From the IMG/VR virus record IMGVR_UViG_3300043405_000022, positions 1 to 39,469 of that record: 39,469 nucleotides of DNA. One strand, given 5' to 3'. This document shows, piece after piece, positions 17,407 through 25,976 of the stretch. This DNA comes from a virus. Lineage: Duplodnaviria > Caudoviricetes. The notes under the pieces were generated by a model. That model did not search any database. It was not told where the DNA came from and was given only the letters and a program-made list of their open reading frames with translations. Position numbers and translations under genes: made by a program. Numbering within the stretch: position 1 is the first letter of the stretch; every line of letters starts with the position of its first letter.

Positions 17407-18579
17407 CTGCCCGAGATCGGCCTCACGTCTACCGGCTTCGTCGCCGCCCGCGCGGCTGACGTTCGCGCGGCCTTTCAAGACGACGTAGAGGAGATCCTCG
17501 GCTACCCCCTCGACTGGGAGTCCGATCAGGTCTGGGCGACCCTCGCCCTCGTCGTCTCGCAGCGCCTCGGGAACGCCTGGGAGCTGCTCCAGGCGGTCTA
17601 CGACGCGGGCTCCTTGAACGCGGCGACGGGCGTGCAGCTCGACGATCTGTGCGCCCTCGTCGGCGTGACGCGCGATCCCGCCACGCAGAGCCAGGCGACG
17701 GTGACGCTCGGGGGCGTGGCCGGGACGTTCATCGGGGCGGGGAGCCTGGTGGAAGGGGGCGGGGCCGACGACGCCGCGCGCTGGGCGACGTCTGCGGACG
17801 CAACCATCGGAGGCGGCGGGACCGTCGATATCGTCGTCGTCGCCGTCGAGGCCGGCGCTACCGCGGCCTCGATCGGCGTGATCGACGCCCTCGTCACCTC
17901 CGTCGCGGGGTGGGAGACGGTGACGAACGCCGCCGCGGCGACGCCCGGCACCGACCTCGAATCAGACGCGGCCCTCCGGCAGAAGCGGGCGCGGAGCCTC
18001 TCGGGCGGCGGGCAGCGGACCCTCGCGGCGCTTCGGGCGGATCTCCTGGCCCTGGACTTCCTCTCGGCCGTCGTGGTCGTGGACAACGTGACCGCGGCTG
18101 CGGTGACGACCTCGGGGATCAGCCTCGATCCCCACAGCTTCGCCACCGTCGTGTACCCGGGCGGCCTTACGAACGCCCAGGAGAAGGAGATCGCCGCGAT
18201 CGTCTACGCGAACGAACCCGCCGGCATCAAGAGCATGGGCGCCGAATCCGGGACGGTCACCGACGGCGCCGGCGTCGCGCAGACGGTGCGGTGGGCCTAC
18301 GCGACGACGACGGCGGTGGACGTGGACGTCGAGCTGACCCTCGCGGCCGGCTACCTCCTCGGCGACATGACGGCCCCGGTGACGGCCGCGGTGGAGGCGT
18401 ACTTCGACGGGCTCTCCGTCGGCGACGACGTGCGGATCCTCGGGGTCCTCGTCGCGGTCGCTGGCGTCGAGGGCGTCGTCGGGGCGACCGCGCTCTTAGA
18501 CGCCGGCTCCGCAGACGTGGCGATCAACCTCGCACACGTCGCGATCCCAGGAACAATCACCGTCACGGAGGCCCCGTGA
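17407..18579 (+). CDS. Baseplate J/gp47-like protein (probable CTG start)
   Basis: ATGVQLDDL...GVTR and ESDAALRQKR motifs; conserved GLTSTGF N-terminus lies upstream of the first TTG; GGAGG 6 nt before CTG 17407; in-frame TAG at 17377. Confidence 0.8.
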   Translation: MPEIGLTSTGFVAARAADVRAAFQDDVEEILGYPLDWESDQVWATLALVVSQRLGNAWELLQAVYDAGSLNAATGVQLDDLCALVGVTRDPATQSQATVTLGGVAGTFIGAGSLVEGGGADDAARWATSADATIGGGGTVDIVVVAVEAGATAASIGVIDALVTSVAGWETVTNAAAATPGTDLESDAALRQKRARSLSGGGQRTLAALRADLLALDFLSAVVVVDNVTAAAVTTSGISLDPHSFATVVYPGGLTNAQEKEIAAIVYANEPAGIKSMGAESGTVTDGAGVAQTVRWAYATTTAVDVDVELTLAAGYLLGDMTAPVTAAVEAYFDGLSVGDDVRILGVLVAVAGVEGVVGATALLDAGSADVAINLAHVAIPGTITVTEAP

Positions 18580-19148
18580 GCGGCGCGACCACGCAGACCG
18601 TGTACGTCCAGGACCACGAGGCCCGGGCGGCGGCGGATCTGCCGATCGCGCGTCGGGGGTCGCGCTGGACGGCGGCGGCGCGGGCGGTGGGGCGCGGGGT
18701 CCAGCGGCTCGAAGACGCGGCGTGGTCGCTTCTGGTGGATACCGGCCTGTCTTCGGCGTCGGGGGCTGTGCTGGACCGGCTCGGCAGCTACGTCGGGGAG
18801 CCCCGCGGGCCGTTCACCGACGACGTGTACCGGCGCTTCATCGGGGCGCGGATCCTGGCGAACCGCTCAGACGGGACGCCGGAGGCGATGCTCGCGATCC
18901 TGGCGCGGCTGACGGAGCCGTCCGAGGTCGAGTACTTCGGCACCCCGCCGGCCGGGTTCGTGATCCAGGTCACGCGCACAGAGCCGATGCTCGACTCGCA
19001 GCGCCGCCGCATCCGGCGCATCGTCGGCGACGCCCGCCCGCTCGGCGTCGGCGTCGATCTGATCCTCGTCATCGATCGGCGCTTCGGGTTCGACGAGGAC
19101 CCGCTCTCCCTGGGCTTCGATCTCGGCCCGTTCGCGGAGGTCTTGTAA
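18576..19148 (+). CDS. Baseplate protein (DUF2612-like)
   Basis: ASGAVLDRLG.YVG..R...DDVYRRFI.ARILAN.SDGT and FGFD motifs; follows baseplate J. Confidence 0.75.
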   Translation: MSGATTQTVYVQDHEARAAADLPIARRGSRWTAAARAVGRGVQRLEDAAWSLLVDTGLSSASGAVLDRLGSYVGEPRGPFTDDVYRRFIGARILANRSDGTPEAMLAILARLTEPSEVEYFGTPPAGFVIQVTRTEPMLDSQRRRIRRIVGDARPLGVGVDLILVIDRRFGFDEDPLSLGFDLGPFAEVL

Positions 19149-19840
19149 TGGCCGCTCCTGACCAGCTCCCCGAATGGGCGACCTCCGGAACCCTCGACGA
19201 GCCGAACGCCGGCGCGAAGGCGACGGGGTGGCTCGCCAACATGAAGCCGCCGTTCGGGTGGATGAACTGGTGGATGAACCTCGTCTACCAGTGGCTCAGC
19301 TACCTGAACGAGAACGTCGTTCCGACCGGGAGCGTCGGCTTCAACTACGACGACGGGAACCCCGCCTGGCTGTCGCGGGACGTGTCCCCGGCGGCGGGGA
19401 GCTGGACTCAGTACGACGGGACGGGCACGCCTGAGTACGTCTCCGGGACGCCGCGGCACGTCCGCTCCTCCTCAGCGACGAACCCGATCAAGGTTCAGCG
19501 CCCGTTCGACGCCGTGTCGAACCTCAACATCTCCGCGAAGTACGTCAAGATCAAGCGGTTGTCGATGCTGTACGCGCGGGGGGACGCCGCCGCGCAGATC
19601 ATCTTCCGCCTGGTGCGGCAGCTCCGCGACGGCTCGGGCGCGGTCGCGACGGTGGCGTCGGTGACGGGGACCGGGACGGCCGGGACCTTTGTTGAGAAGA
19701 CCTCCGCGGCGGACATCGATCACGAGATCGACGCCCTGTACGTCTACTGGTTCGAGGTCGAGCTCGACCCCGTGGCCGCGCAGGACGACGCGCGCATCGC
19801 CTTCGCCAGCTTCACCTATGAGAAGACGAGGGTGGAATAA
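19148..19840 (+). CDS. Short tail fibre / baseplate-attached protein
   Basis: PEWA...GW...KPP..WMNWWMN..YQW fibre anchor motif. Confidence 0.65.
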   Translation: MAAPDQLPEWATSGTLDEPNAGAKATGWLANMKPPFGWMNWWMNLVYQWLSYLNENVVPTGSVGFNYDDGNPAWLSRDVSPAAGSWTQYDGTGTPEYVSGTPRHVRSSSATNPIKVQRPFDAVSNLNISAKYVKIKRLSMLYARGDAAAQIIFRLVRQLRDGSGAVATVASVTGTGTAGTFVEKTSAADIDHEIDALYVYWFEVELDPVAAQDDARIAFASFTYEKTRVE

Positions 19841-20559
19841 TGGGCCTTTACGAGCAAGCGACCCTCCTCGGCGTCCTCGCGGGCGGACGCAAGCCGACGT
19901 GGGCGCAGCAGACGGACGCCGCCGTGGCGGACGGCGGGGACTTCCCGCTCCCGACGGCCAGCTCGGGCGCGTCGATGGTCGTGGGCGGCGAGGGGGCGCT
20001 CCTCGCCCTGGTGTCGGTGGGGGTGCGCGAGGTCGTCGCGTACCGCACGGCGCGGGTGACGATTGAAACCCTCGATCTCGGCGAGACGTACACGGTGACG
20101 ATCGACGGGACCGACGTGGACTACGACTCGACGGGGGACGCGGACTCGGCGGAGGTCCTGGCCGGGATCGCGGACGCCATCAACGCGGACGGCACGGTGG
20201 GGCCGCTGGTAGTCGCCTCGGTCGTAGACAGCGCGGTCGTGATCGCCGGTCAGTCGGAGGCCGACTACACGATCGATCTCTCGGCGACGGGCTCGGGCGT
20301 CCTGGCGTGCGTCGCCGACGCCTCGGCCTGCACCCTGGAGGTCTACGGGCTCGCGGGCCGCGCGAACAGCCCGGACTGGCGGCTCATCAACGGCGCCGCG
20401 GACCTGGCGCTGGACGAGCGCGGGCTCGCGGAGCGCGTCGAGGTCGCGGGCTTCGACCGGCTGTACCTGCGCTGCACGGCGGTCGCGGCGGTGTCCGGCG
20501 ACGGGGCGTCGGTGACGTACCGTCCCGTGTGCCAGCTCGGCCCTTGCGGGAGGGAGTGA
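19840..20559 (+). CDS. Virion structural protein with beta-rich domain shared with the decoration protein
   Basis: YTVTIDG...AGIADAINAD segment resembles repeats in 4859-5995. Confidence 0.55.
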   Translation: MGLYEQATLLGVLAGGRKPTWAQQTDAAVADGGDFPLPTASSGASMVVGGEGALLALVSVGVREVVAYRTARVTIETLDLGETYTVTIDGTDVDYDSTGDADSAEVLAGIADAINADGTVGPLVVASVVDSAVVIAGQSEADYTIDLSATGSGVLACVADASACTLEVYGLAGRANSPDWRLINGAADLALDERGLAERVEVAGFDRLYLRCTAVAAVSGDGASVTYRPVCQLGPCGRE

Positions 20560-21200
20560 TGAGCTCCATCTGGCCGGTTCGCGGCAGTTCTGGCGGCGGC
20601 GAACTGCCGTGGTTCGTCCCTGCCGATGCGACGAAGGCAAAAGCAGGGGGATGGTCTGAGCTCACGGGCGACTCGGATCCCGTCGATTCAGCGCAGGTCC
20701 GGGGCGGTCTGCGGATCAACGGCCGGATCGGCGTGTTGCAGGCTCTTTACAAGCCGGTTGCCGCGGACTTTGATTTCAGCCTGTGGCAGACCGGCAGCTA
20801 CTTCGACCAGGGCGGCGGGACGAATTCGACCTGGATCTTCCTGTTCGCCGGGATTCCTGCGGACCCCTTCGCCGGGACCTTCTTCTTGTTTCCGCGGGCG
20901 GAGGGCGGCAACGCCTACGGGTGGGGCTACAACACCGACGCGCCGCTGGTCGGGTCCTGGGCGGGCGGGGTCGGCTTCGGCAAGACGTTGGTGGGCAGCG
21001 GTGCGGTTCCGACAGGCGCCCGGATCAAGCGTGTTGGATCGCTGTTAACGCTGTATATCAGCCAGAGCGGCGAGGACTGGATTGAGATCGCCACCTATAC
21101 GCCGCCGGATGACGCGACGGCGGTAGGATTCGGCGTGTATCAGGACAATACCTCGTCTGTATTTTCGACGGTTCACGGCTATAAACTGGTGGGTGGATAA
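20559..21200 (+). CDS. Putative ConA/lectin-like receptor-binding protein
   Basis: RIKRVGSLLTLYISQSGEDW...VGFGV beta-sandwich signature; aromatic-rich; TGATG overlap. Confidence 0.5.
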   Translation: MSSIWPVRGSSGGGELPWFVPADATKAKAGGWSELTGDSDPVDSAQVRGGLRINGRIGVLQALYKPVAADFDFSLWQTGSYFDQGGGTNSTWIFLFAGIPADPFAGTFFLFPRAEGGNAYGWGYNTDAPLVGSWAGGVGFGKTLVGSGAVPTGARIKRVGSLLTLYISQSGEDWIEIATYTPPDDATAVGFGVYQDNTSSVFSTVHGYKLVGG

Positions 21201-21601
21201 TGGCTGTCTCCTGGAACAAAGACCGCGCTTTAACCCCCCTCGTCGTCGAGAATTCGCAGGGTCGGTTCTACCTCTACGACCTGCTCGGGGAGACGGTCGG
21301 AGTCGCCGACTGCGTCCAGCTCGCGACGCCCGGGAAGGTCTGCTCGATGGTCCTGCTCCATGTCGAGCGGCAGACCGCGGGCGGGTCGACCACGCTGCAA
21401 CCGGACGTGTACACGGCCACGGGAGCGCCGGACAACACGGTCTTTCACGAGGGCCACCAGACGGCCGCAGTGGCTCGGGTGCGCGATCAATCTGCCCTGA
21501 CCCTGCAATCCCAGGACGGGTCTATCTGGATTTACCCGCGGCCGGACGCCGAGGTACCGGCGATGCGGGTGCGCGTCATCCTGCGCGCCGGGGTGATGTG
21601 A
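21200..21601 (+). CDS. Hypothetical (probably virion) protein
   Basis: Coupled stop/start overlaps on both sides; 133 aa. Confidence 0.6.
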   Translation: MAVSWNKDRALTPLVVENSQGRFYLYDLLGETVGVADCVQLATPGKVCSMVLLHVERQTAGGSTTLQPDVYTATGAPDNTVFHEGHQTAAVARVRDQSALTLQSQDGSIWIYPRPDAEVPAMRVRVILRAGVM

Positions 21602-23070
21602 TGCCCTGGGATGCTGGTGGAGCATGGGAGGGCGTCGGCGGTGGTAGCGGCGCCGTCGATTCGGTCAACGCGCAAACGGGCGTCGTCGTCCTCGACGCCA
21701 GCGACGTAGGCGCAGACGCGACGGGGACGGCCTCCGGGGCGCTCGCCTCGCATGTCGCGGCTGGCGATCCGCATACGCAGTACGCGCTCGAATCGGCGCT
21801 CGGGAACGCGGCAACAAAGAACGTCGGGACGGGTGCGGGGAGCGTCGCGGCCGGGGACGATTCGCGGATCACCGGGGCTGAGCAGACCACGGCGAAGAAT
21901 GCCAACAGCGGCTATGCCGGCCTGGATTCTGCTGGAAAGCTGGCGACTGCGCGGTTTCTCGCAGCTCTCGCTGCGCTGAACATCCTGACGCCGGCGACGA
22001 ATACGCTGGCCTATTTTACATCATCGACTGTTGCAACCCTCATCACCCTGCAATCGTTCATGGTGACGTTCCTCGGCGCGGCCAGTACCGCCGTTGCACG
22101 CTCTACCCTCGGCGTTGGGGTTCAGGTACAGGTTACCGCGGGCGCCCCGTCGGTCACAGACGATACGGCCGCCGGGTATGCGGTTGGCTCTGAATGGTTC
22201 GATACCACCGGAAAGAAGCACTATACCTGCACAGACGCCACAAACGGCGCGGCAGTGTGGCGGGCGGACAGCGGCAAAGTAACGGTCTTCACGGCGTCGG
22301 GGACATGGACGCCTATCGCGGGGCTGATTCAGGCGACGATCGTAGCGATCGGCGCGGGCGGCGGCGGCGCGTCGGGGCGCCGCGGCGCGGCGGGTACGGT
22401 GCGCGGCGGCGGCGGCGGCGCGGCAGGCGGCGGCTGGACGATCCAAATCGTGCCGGCTGCGCTGGTCGGTGCCTCGGAAACCGTAACGATTGGCGCGGGC
22501 GGTGCGGGCGGTGCGGCGGTCTCCGCCGACGATACCAACGGATCCAACGGCACGACAGGCGGAGGTACCACGGTCGGATCGCTGGCGCGGGCGTCGGGCG
22601 GCGCGAACGGTGCGGCCGGGACAACCTCAGGCGGCGCGGGCGGGACCGCGAACCAAGGCGGCGGATCCGGCGGCCAGGGCGGAACGACGACGACAGCGAC
22701 CTCGGGGACGCGCGCAGACCGCGGTGGCTCGGGCGGCGGCGGCGGCTCAGGGATCTCCTCCGGCAACTCGACCGCCAACGGCGGCGCGGGCGCGGGCCAG
22801 TCGCAGCAGGCGGCCTCCTCCTCGACGGCGGCCGGAGGAACGCCGGGCAACGCCGGAACCGCTGGCAACGCTGGCCCGGCCTCGACCGCGACGGGCGGCG
22901 GGGGCGGCGGGGGCGGCGGATCCTCGACATCGGGCGCGGCCGGCGCAGGCGGCGCAGGTGCGCTCTACGGCGGCGGGGGCGGCGGCGGCGGCGCCTCGGT
23001 CAACGCGACGGGAAACAGCGGCGCGGGCGGTGCGGGCGCGGCCGGCATCGTCGTAATCTGGGAGATCTGA
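21601..23070 (+). CDS. Glycine-rich tail fibre protein
   Basis: VDSVNAQTGVV, H....DPHTQY, VFTASGTWT...IGAGGGG and terminal GAGAAGIVVIWE. Confidence 0.75.
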   Translation: MPWDAGGAWEGVGGGSGAVDSVNAQTGVVVLDASDVGADATGTASGALASHVAAGDPHTQYALESALGNAATKNVGTGAGSVAAGDDSRITGAEQTTAKNANSGYAGLDSAGKLATARFLAALAALNILTPATNTLAYFTSSTVATLITLQSFMVTFLGAASTAVARSTLGVGVQVQVTAGAPSVTDDTAAGYAVGSEWFDTTGKKHYTCTDATNGAAVWRADSGKVTVFTASGTWTPIAGLIQATIVAIGAGGGGASGRRGAAGTVRGGGGGAAGGGWTIQIVPAALVGASETVTIGAGGAGGAAVSADDTNGSNGTTGGGTTVGSLARASGGANGAAGTTSGGAGGTANQGGGSGGQGGTTTTATSGTRADRGGSGGGGGSGISSGNSTANGGAGAGQSQQAASSSTAAGGTPGNAGTAGNAGPASTATGGGGGGGGGSSTSGAAGAGGAGALYGGGGGGGGASVNATGNSGAGGAGAAGIVVIWEI

Positions 23071-23384
23071 TGCCGATAGCACGCTGTGCGCTTATTCAGA
23101 AAGGATCCGTTGTAAACGTCGTTTTATTCGATACAGACCAGGAGTCGCTCTGGCCCGATTGCAGCGTCTTCCCCTTGCGGGATGACGACCTCGCCGAGCC
23201 CGGCGGCACCTACGACGAGAGGCGCGGTTTCGAGCGCGCTCCGAGGGAGGAGCGTCCGAGTCGCGCGGAGGAGATCGCCGCTGAGTTGGAGGCCGATCCG
23301 GAGCTGGCCGAGGCCGTCCCCGTGCGCCGCGAGGCTCTCCGGTCGGCGAAGGCCGAAGCCGTGGAAGCCAAGGAGGTAAAATGA
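23070..23384 (+). CDS. Tail fibre assembly-like protein
   Basis: ALI..G.VVNVV...GGTYD...F pattern after glycine-rich fibre. Confidence 0.55.
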   Translation: MPIARCALIQKGSVVNVVLFDTDQESLWPDCSVFPLRDDDLAEPGGTYDERRGFERAPREERPSRAEEIAAELEADPELAEAVPVRREALRSAKAEAVEAKEVK

Positions 23385-23995
23385 TGTACGATCATCCTGA
23401 GCTTCTTCGGGTCGTCCGCGAGGTGTTCGCCCGTCGCGGGCTCGGGTTCTTCGGAACGGGGCCTTACGATCTCACGGCGTTCGGGGTTCGCGCGGCCACT
23501 GAGCAGGCCGGTTTCTTCGATGTGTTCGGCTTCGCCTACCCGGACGAGCGGGGGCGCGAACACCTGTGGCTTCTGAAGGGCTCGACGAAGCCGACGCCGC
23601 ACTGGCTCCGGGAGCCGATGCGGCGCGAGGGATGCGCGGTCCTCGTCCCTGGGCAGTACCCCGCCTTCTGGAAGCCGGGGCTCCACCGCGGCGAGTACCG
23701 GGCGCTCGTACAGGTCGGCGCGGGGCTCGTGTGGCGCGATCCCGACCAGGGGCTCACCGTAAACCCGCCGCGCGACAAGACGTGGCCCGCGACGGGGATC
23801 AACTTTCATTATGGGGATGGCACGTGGGCTTCAGCGGGGTGCCAGGTCACGCCGCTCCGCGAGGACCTGAACCGCGTCCTCGCCCTTGTGGACCGACAGG
23901 CCGCGTCCGGGTTCGGCGACACGCTCACCTACGCTCTCCTGGAGGCCGCCGCCGATCCGGCGCTGGACACACTCCGAACCGGATCGGAGGGGTAA
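23381..23995 (+). CDS. Putative endolysin (L,D-transpeptidase/YkuD-like)
   Basis: LVPGQY..W..GLHRGEY.ALVQ and GINFH...SAGCQV; lysis position. Confidence 0.55.
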   Translation: MMYDHPELLRVVREVFARRGLGFFGTGPYDLTAFGVRAATEQAGFFDVFGFAYPDERGREHLWLLKGSTKPTPHWLREPMRREGCAVLVPGQYPAFWKPGLHRGEYRALVQVGAGLVWRDPDQGLTVNPPRDKTWPATGINFHYGDGTWASAGCQVTPLREDLNRVLALVDRQAASGFGDTLTYALLEAAADPALDTLRTGSEG

Positions 23996-24330
23996 TGGGC
24001 ACTCGCTCCCGTAGCGACACCGACGAACGCACCGACGAGCGGATCTCCGACGTGGAGACCGAGGTTCGCGAGGTCCGGAGCCGCGTCGAGGATCTCCGCG
24101 TCGGCCAGGAACGGATCGCCGCGCAGCTCCAGTCGCACGCGACGGGCTCTGAGCAGCGCCACGCCGATCTCGCGCGCCGCTTCGACGAGCTGGCCGCGCG
24201 CGGCGATGGAGTCTGGATTCCGGGCAGGGTCGTCGTCGGAATCGTCGTCGCGATCCTCAGCGCGGTCGGGATCGGCGTCGTCGGCGGGGCGACGATCGCG
24301 CCCGCGGCGACGGGTCAGGTGGGGCCGTAG
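23995..24330 (+). CDS. Holin-like / XhlA-like membrane protein
   Basis: N-terminal coiled coil plus one C-terminal TM helix (VVVGIVVAILSAVGIGVV). Confidence 0.55.
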   Translation: MGTRSRSDTDERTDERISDVETEVREVRSRVEDLRVGQERIAAQLQSHATGSEQRHADLARRFDELAARGDGVWIPGRVVVGIVVAILSAVGIGVVGGATIAPAATGQVGP

Positions 24331-24385
24331 GCCTGGAGGGGCAGGGGACCGAGGCCGCCTGTTGTGCGGATCCGCGTCGGTGTTC

Positions 24386-24613
24386 TCGGGAACGCTACGG
24401 GAACAGGACGGCGCGGATCGGGGCGGAATGGCTCGGAACGGCTCTGGATGTCGAGGAGTGATCCGCGGCGTTACAGGCCGGAACCACCCCGGAGAAGCCT
24501 ACTCGAAGGAGGCGTAGGTGAATCCGTAGCAACTTTCGTTTATCATCGAAATACTCTCCTTTCACGCAGATATTTGTTTGAGCGGGAGGACCTTCGGGAA
24601 CGCCTCGGGAACA
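24386..24613. other. Putative attP region with arm-type integrase binding repeats
   Basis: TCGGGAACGCTACGGGAACA (24386-24405) and TCGGGAACGCCTCGGGAACA (24594-24613), 18/20 identical, bracketing the gap next to the int 3' end. Confidence 0.6.
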
Positions 24614-25764
24614 CCGGCGCCAGCGCCGCTCAGCGCCGGGATCAGGTCGGCGAGCGCGCGCATCGGAAGCGAGTCGGGGTCGATGTAGGCGTCACGAACC
24701 GGACCGAGGGTGTGGCCGACGTAGTACTCGATCGCGTCCGCGTCCGCACCCAGGCGCTTCAGGCCGGACTGGAACCCCTTTCGGAAGCAGTGATCGGGCC
24801 GACCGTACCAGACCTCCTCGCGCACCCCGGCCCGCCGCCACGCCCGCGCGATCGGCAGGTTCGGGCGCGTACACGACGGCGCTCCCTCGGGGCGAGCCGG
24901 GCGGCCGCTCTCCCGCCGGATCTCCCGGAGACGCCCGGCCGGGGGCCGCCGCACCACCGCCCCTTCGCGCGTCCCCCACCCTGAGAGGATCGCCACGAGG
25001 TGAGGGGAGATCGGGATCCGTCGGCCGGAGCTCTCAGCGTACGTCTTCCCCAGCTCCGGCCGGACGTGCAGCGTGCCGCCTTCCAGATCCACGTCCGCCC
25101 ACTCGACGGCGAGGGCCTGCTGGACGCGGAGGCCGGTGAACCGCATCACCGTCGCGAGCTGCCGGATCCACGGCGTGGTGAGCGCCGCGATGCAGGCGTC
25201 CATCTCCTCCCACGTCGGCGCCGAGGTGCGAACCCGCGGGCTGTCCGGCATGTCCGCCAGCGTCCGCGGCTTCGGGACCTGGCCCGTCCAGTCCTCGTCG
25301 TTCTCGTAGCTCCACTTCCAGAACCGTTGGACGACCTCCAGATGGTCCCGGACGGTGCCGATCTTCCGCGCGCCCCGCGGCGTGGGGGCGGCGCGCAGGT
25401 GCTCGTAGTAGTCGGCGAGGGCCGCCCGGGAGAGGGCCTCAGGCCCCGGATCGCCCTCCGTCCGCCCGATGAGCCAGTCCGAGAACATCCCGAGCCGCGT
25501 CACCAGGAGCCGCATCGTCCCGGGCTTCCGGCTCCGGCCCGCGTCGATCAGAAACCGCTCGATGAGGCCGCCTTCGCCGGTCAGCCGTACACGTTGAACC
25601 GTTGCTTCAGGCGACCACTTTCTTCCTTCGGCGACGACCCGCTCGACGTCCCGGAGGATCCGGTCTGCGGTCTTCTTGTCGGGCGCCGTTCGGGATCGTT
25701 GGGCCCCGTCGGGATCTCGCCACTTGATCTGCCATTTGTCGTCTCGTTTATGGATGCTCGCCAC
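24562..25764 (-). CDS. int: Tyrosine integrase
   Basis: Catalytic residues TGLR, GKT, HCFR, GH and AY; N-terminal arm-binding domain; AGGAGGT before GTG 25764. Confidence 0.9.
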   Translation of the reverse strand: MASIHKRDDKWQIKWRDPDGAQRSRTAPDKKTADRILRDVERVVAEGRKWSPEATVQRVRLTGEGGLIERFLIDAGRSRKPGTMRLLVTRLGMFSDWLIGRTEGDPGPEALSRAALADYYEHLRAAPTPRGARKIGTVRDHLEVVQRFWKWSYENDEDWTGQVPKPRTLADMPDSPRVRTSAPTWEEMDACIAALTTPWIRQLATVMRFTGLRVQQALAVEWADVDLEGGTLHVRPELGKTYAESSGRRIPISPHLVAILSGWGTREGAVVRRPPAGRLREIRRESGRPARPEGAPSCTRPNLPIARAWRRAGVREEVWYGRPDHCFRKGFQSGLKRLGADADAIEYYVGHTLGPVRDAYIDPDSLPMRALADLIPALSGAGAGVPEAFPKVLPLKQISA

Positions 25765-25976
25765 CTGCACACCTCCTGAAACCACCCGTCGATCCGGGTG
25801 GCGTCAAAACGATACTCCGGCCGCTTACCGCCCGAGATGTTCGCCCACGGCTCAGAGATCCCGGCCGCCTTCGTCGCCTTCATCAGCGCGCGGAGGTGCG
25901 TATCTGAGATACGCAGGTGGGAGAGGATGTCCGCGGTGCCGACCCACTCCGCGCGGGTCGGCTCAGCGCGCGGCAT
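25581..25976 (-). CDS. xis: Excisionase-like protein
   Basis: WVGTADILSHLRIS...YRFD...IDGW AlpA/Xis-like wHTH directly upstream of and overlapping int. Confidence 0.65.
   Translation of the reverse strand: MPRAEPTRAEWVGTADILSHLRISDTHLRALMKATKAAGISEPWANISGGKRPEYRFDATRIDGWFQEVCRWRASINETTNGRSSGEIPTGPNDPERRPTRRPQTGSSGTSSGSSPKEESGRLKQRFNVYG

Noticed and set aside
22360-23050. GGC-rich tandem repeats
   Set aside because: Explained by the glycine-rich fibre domain.
19148-23070. Diversity-generating retroelement acting on fibres
   Set aside because: No reverse transcriptase and no template/variable repeat pair; terminal-repeat differences are not adenine-specific.
24331-24561. tRNA or tRNA fragment as att core
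   Set aside because: No cloverleaf or T-arm/CCA signature seen on either strand.
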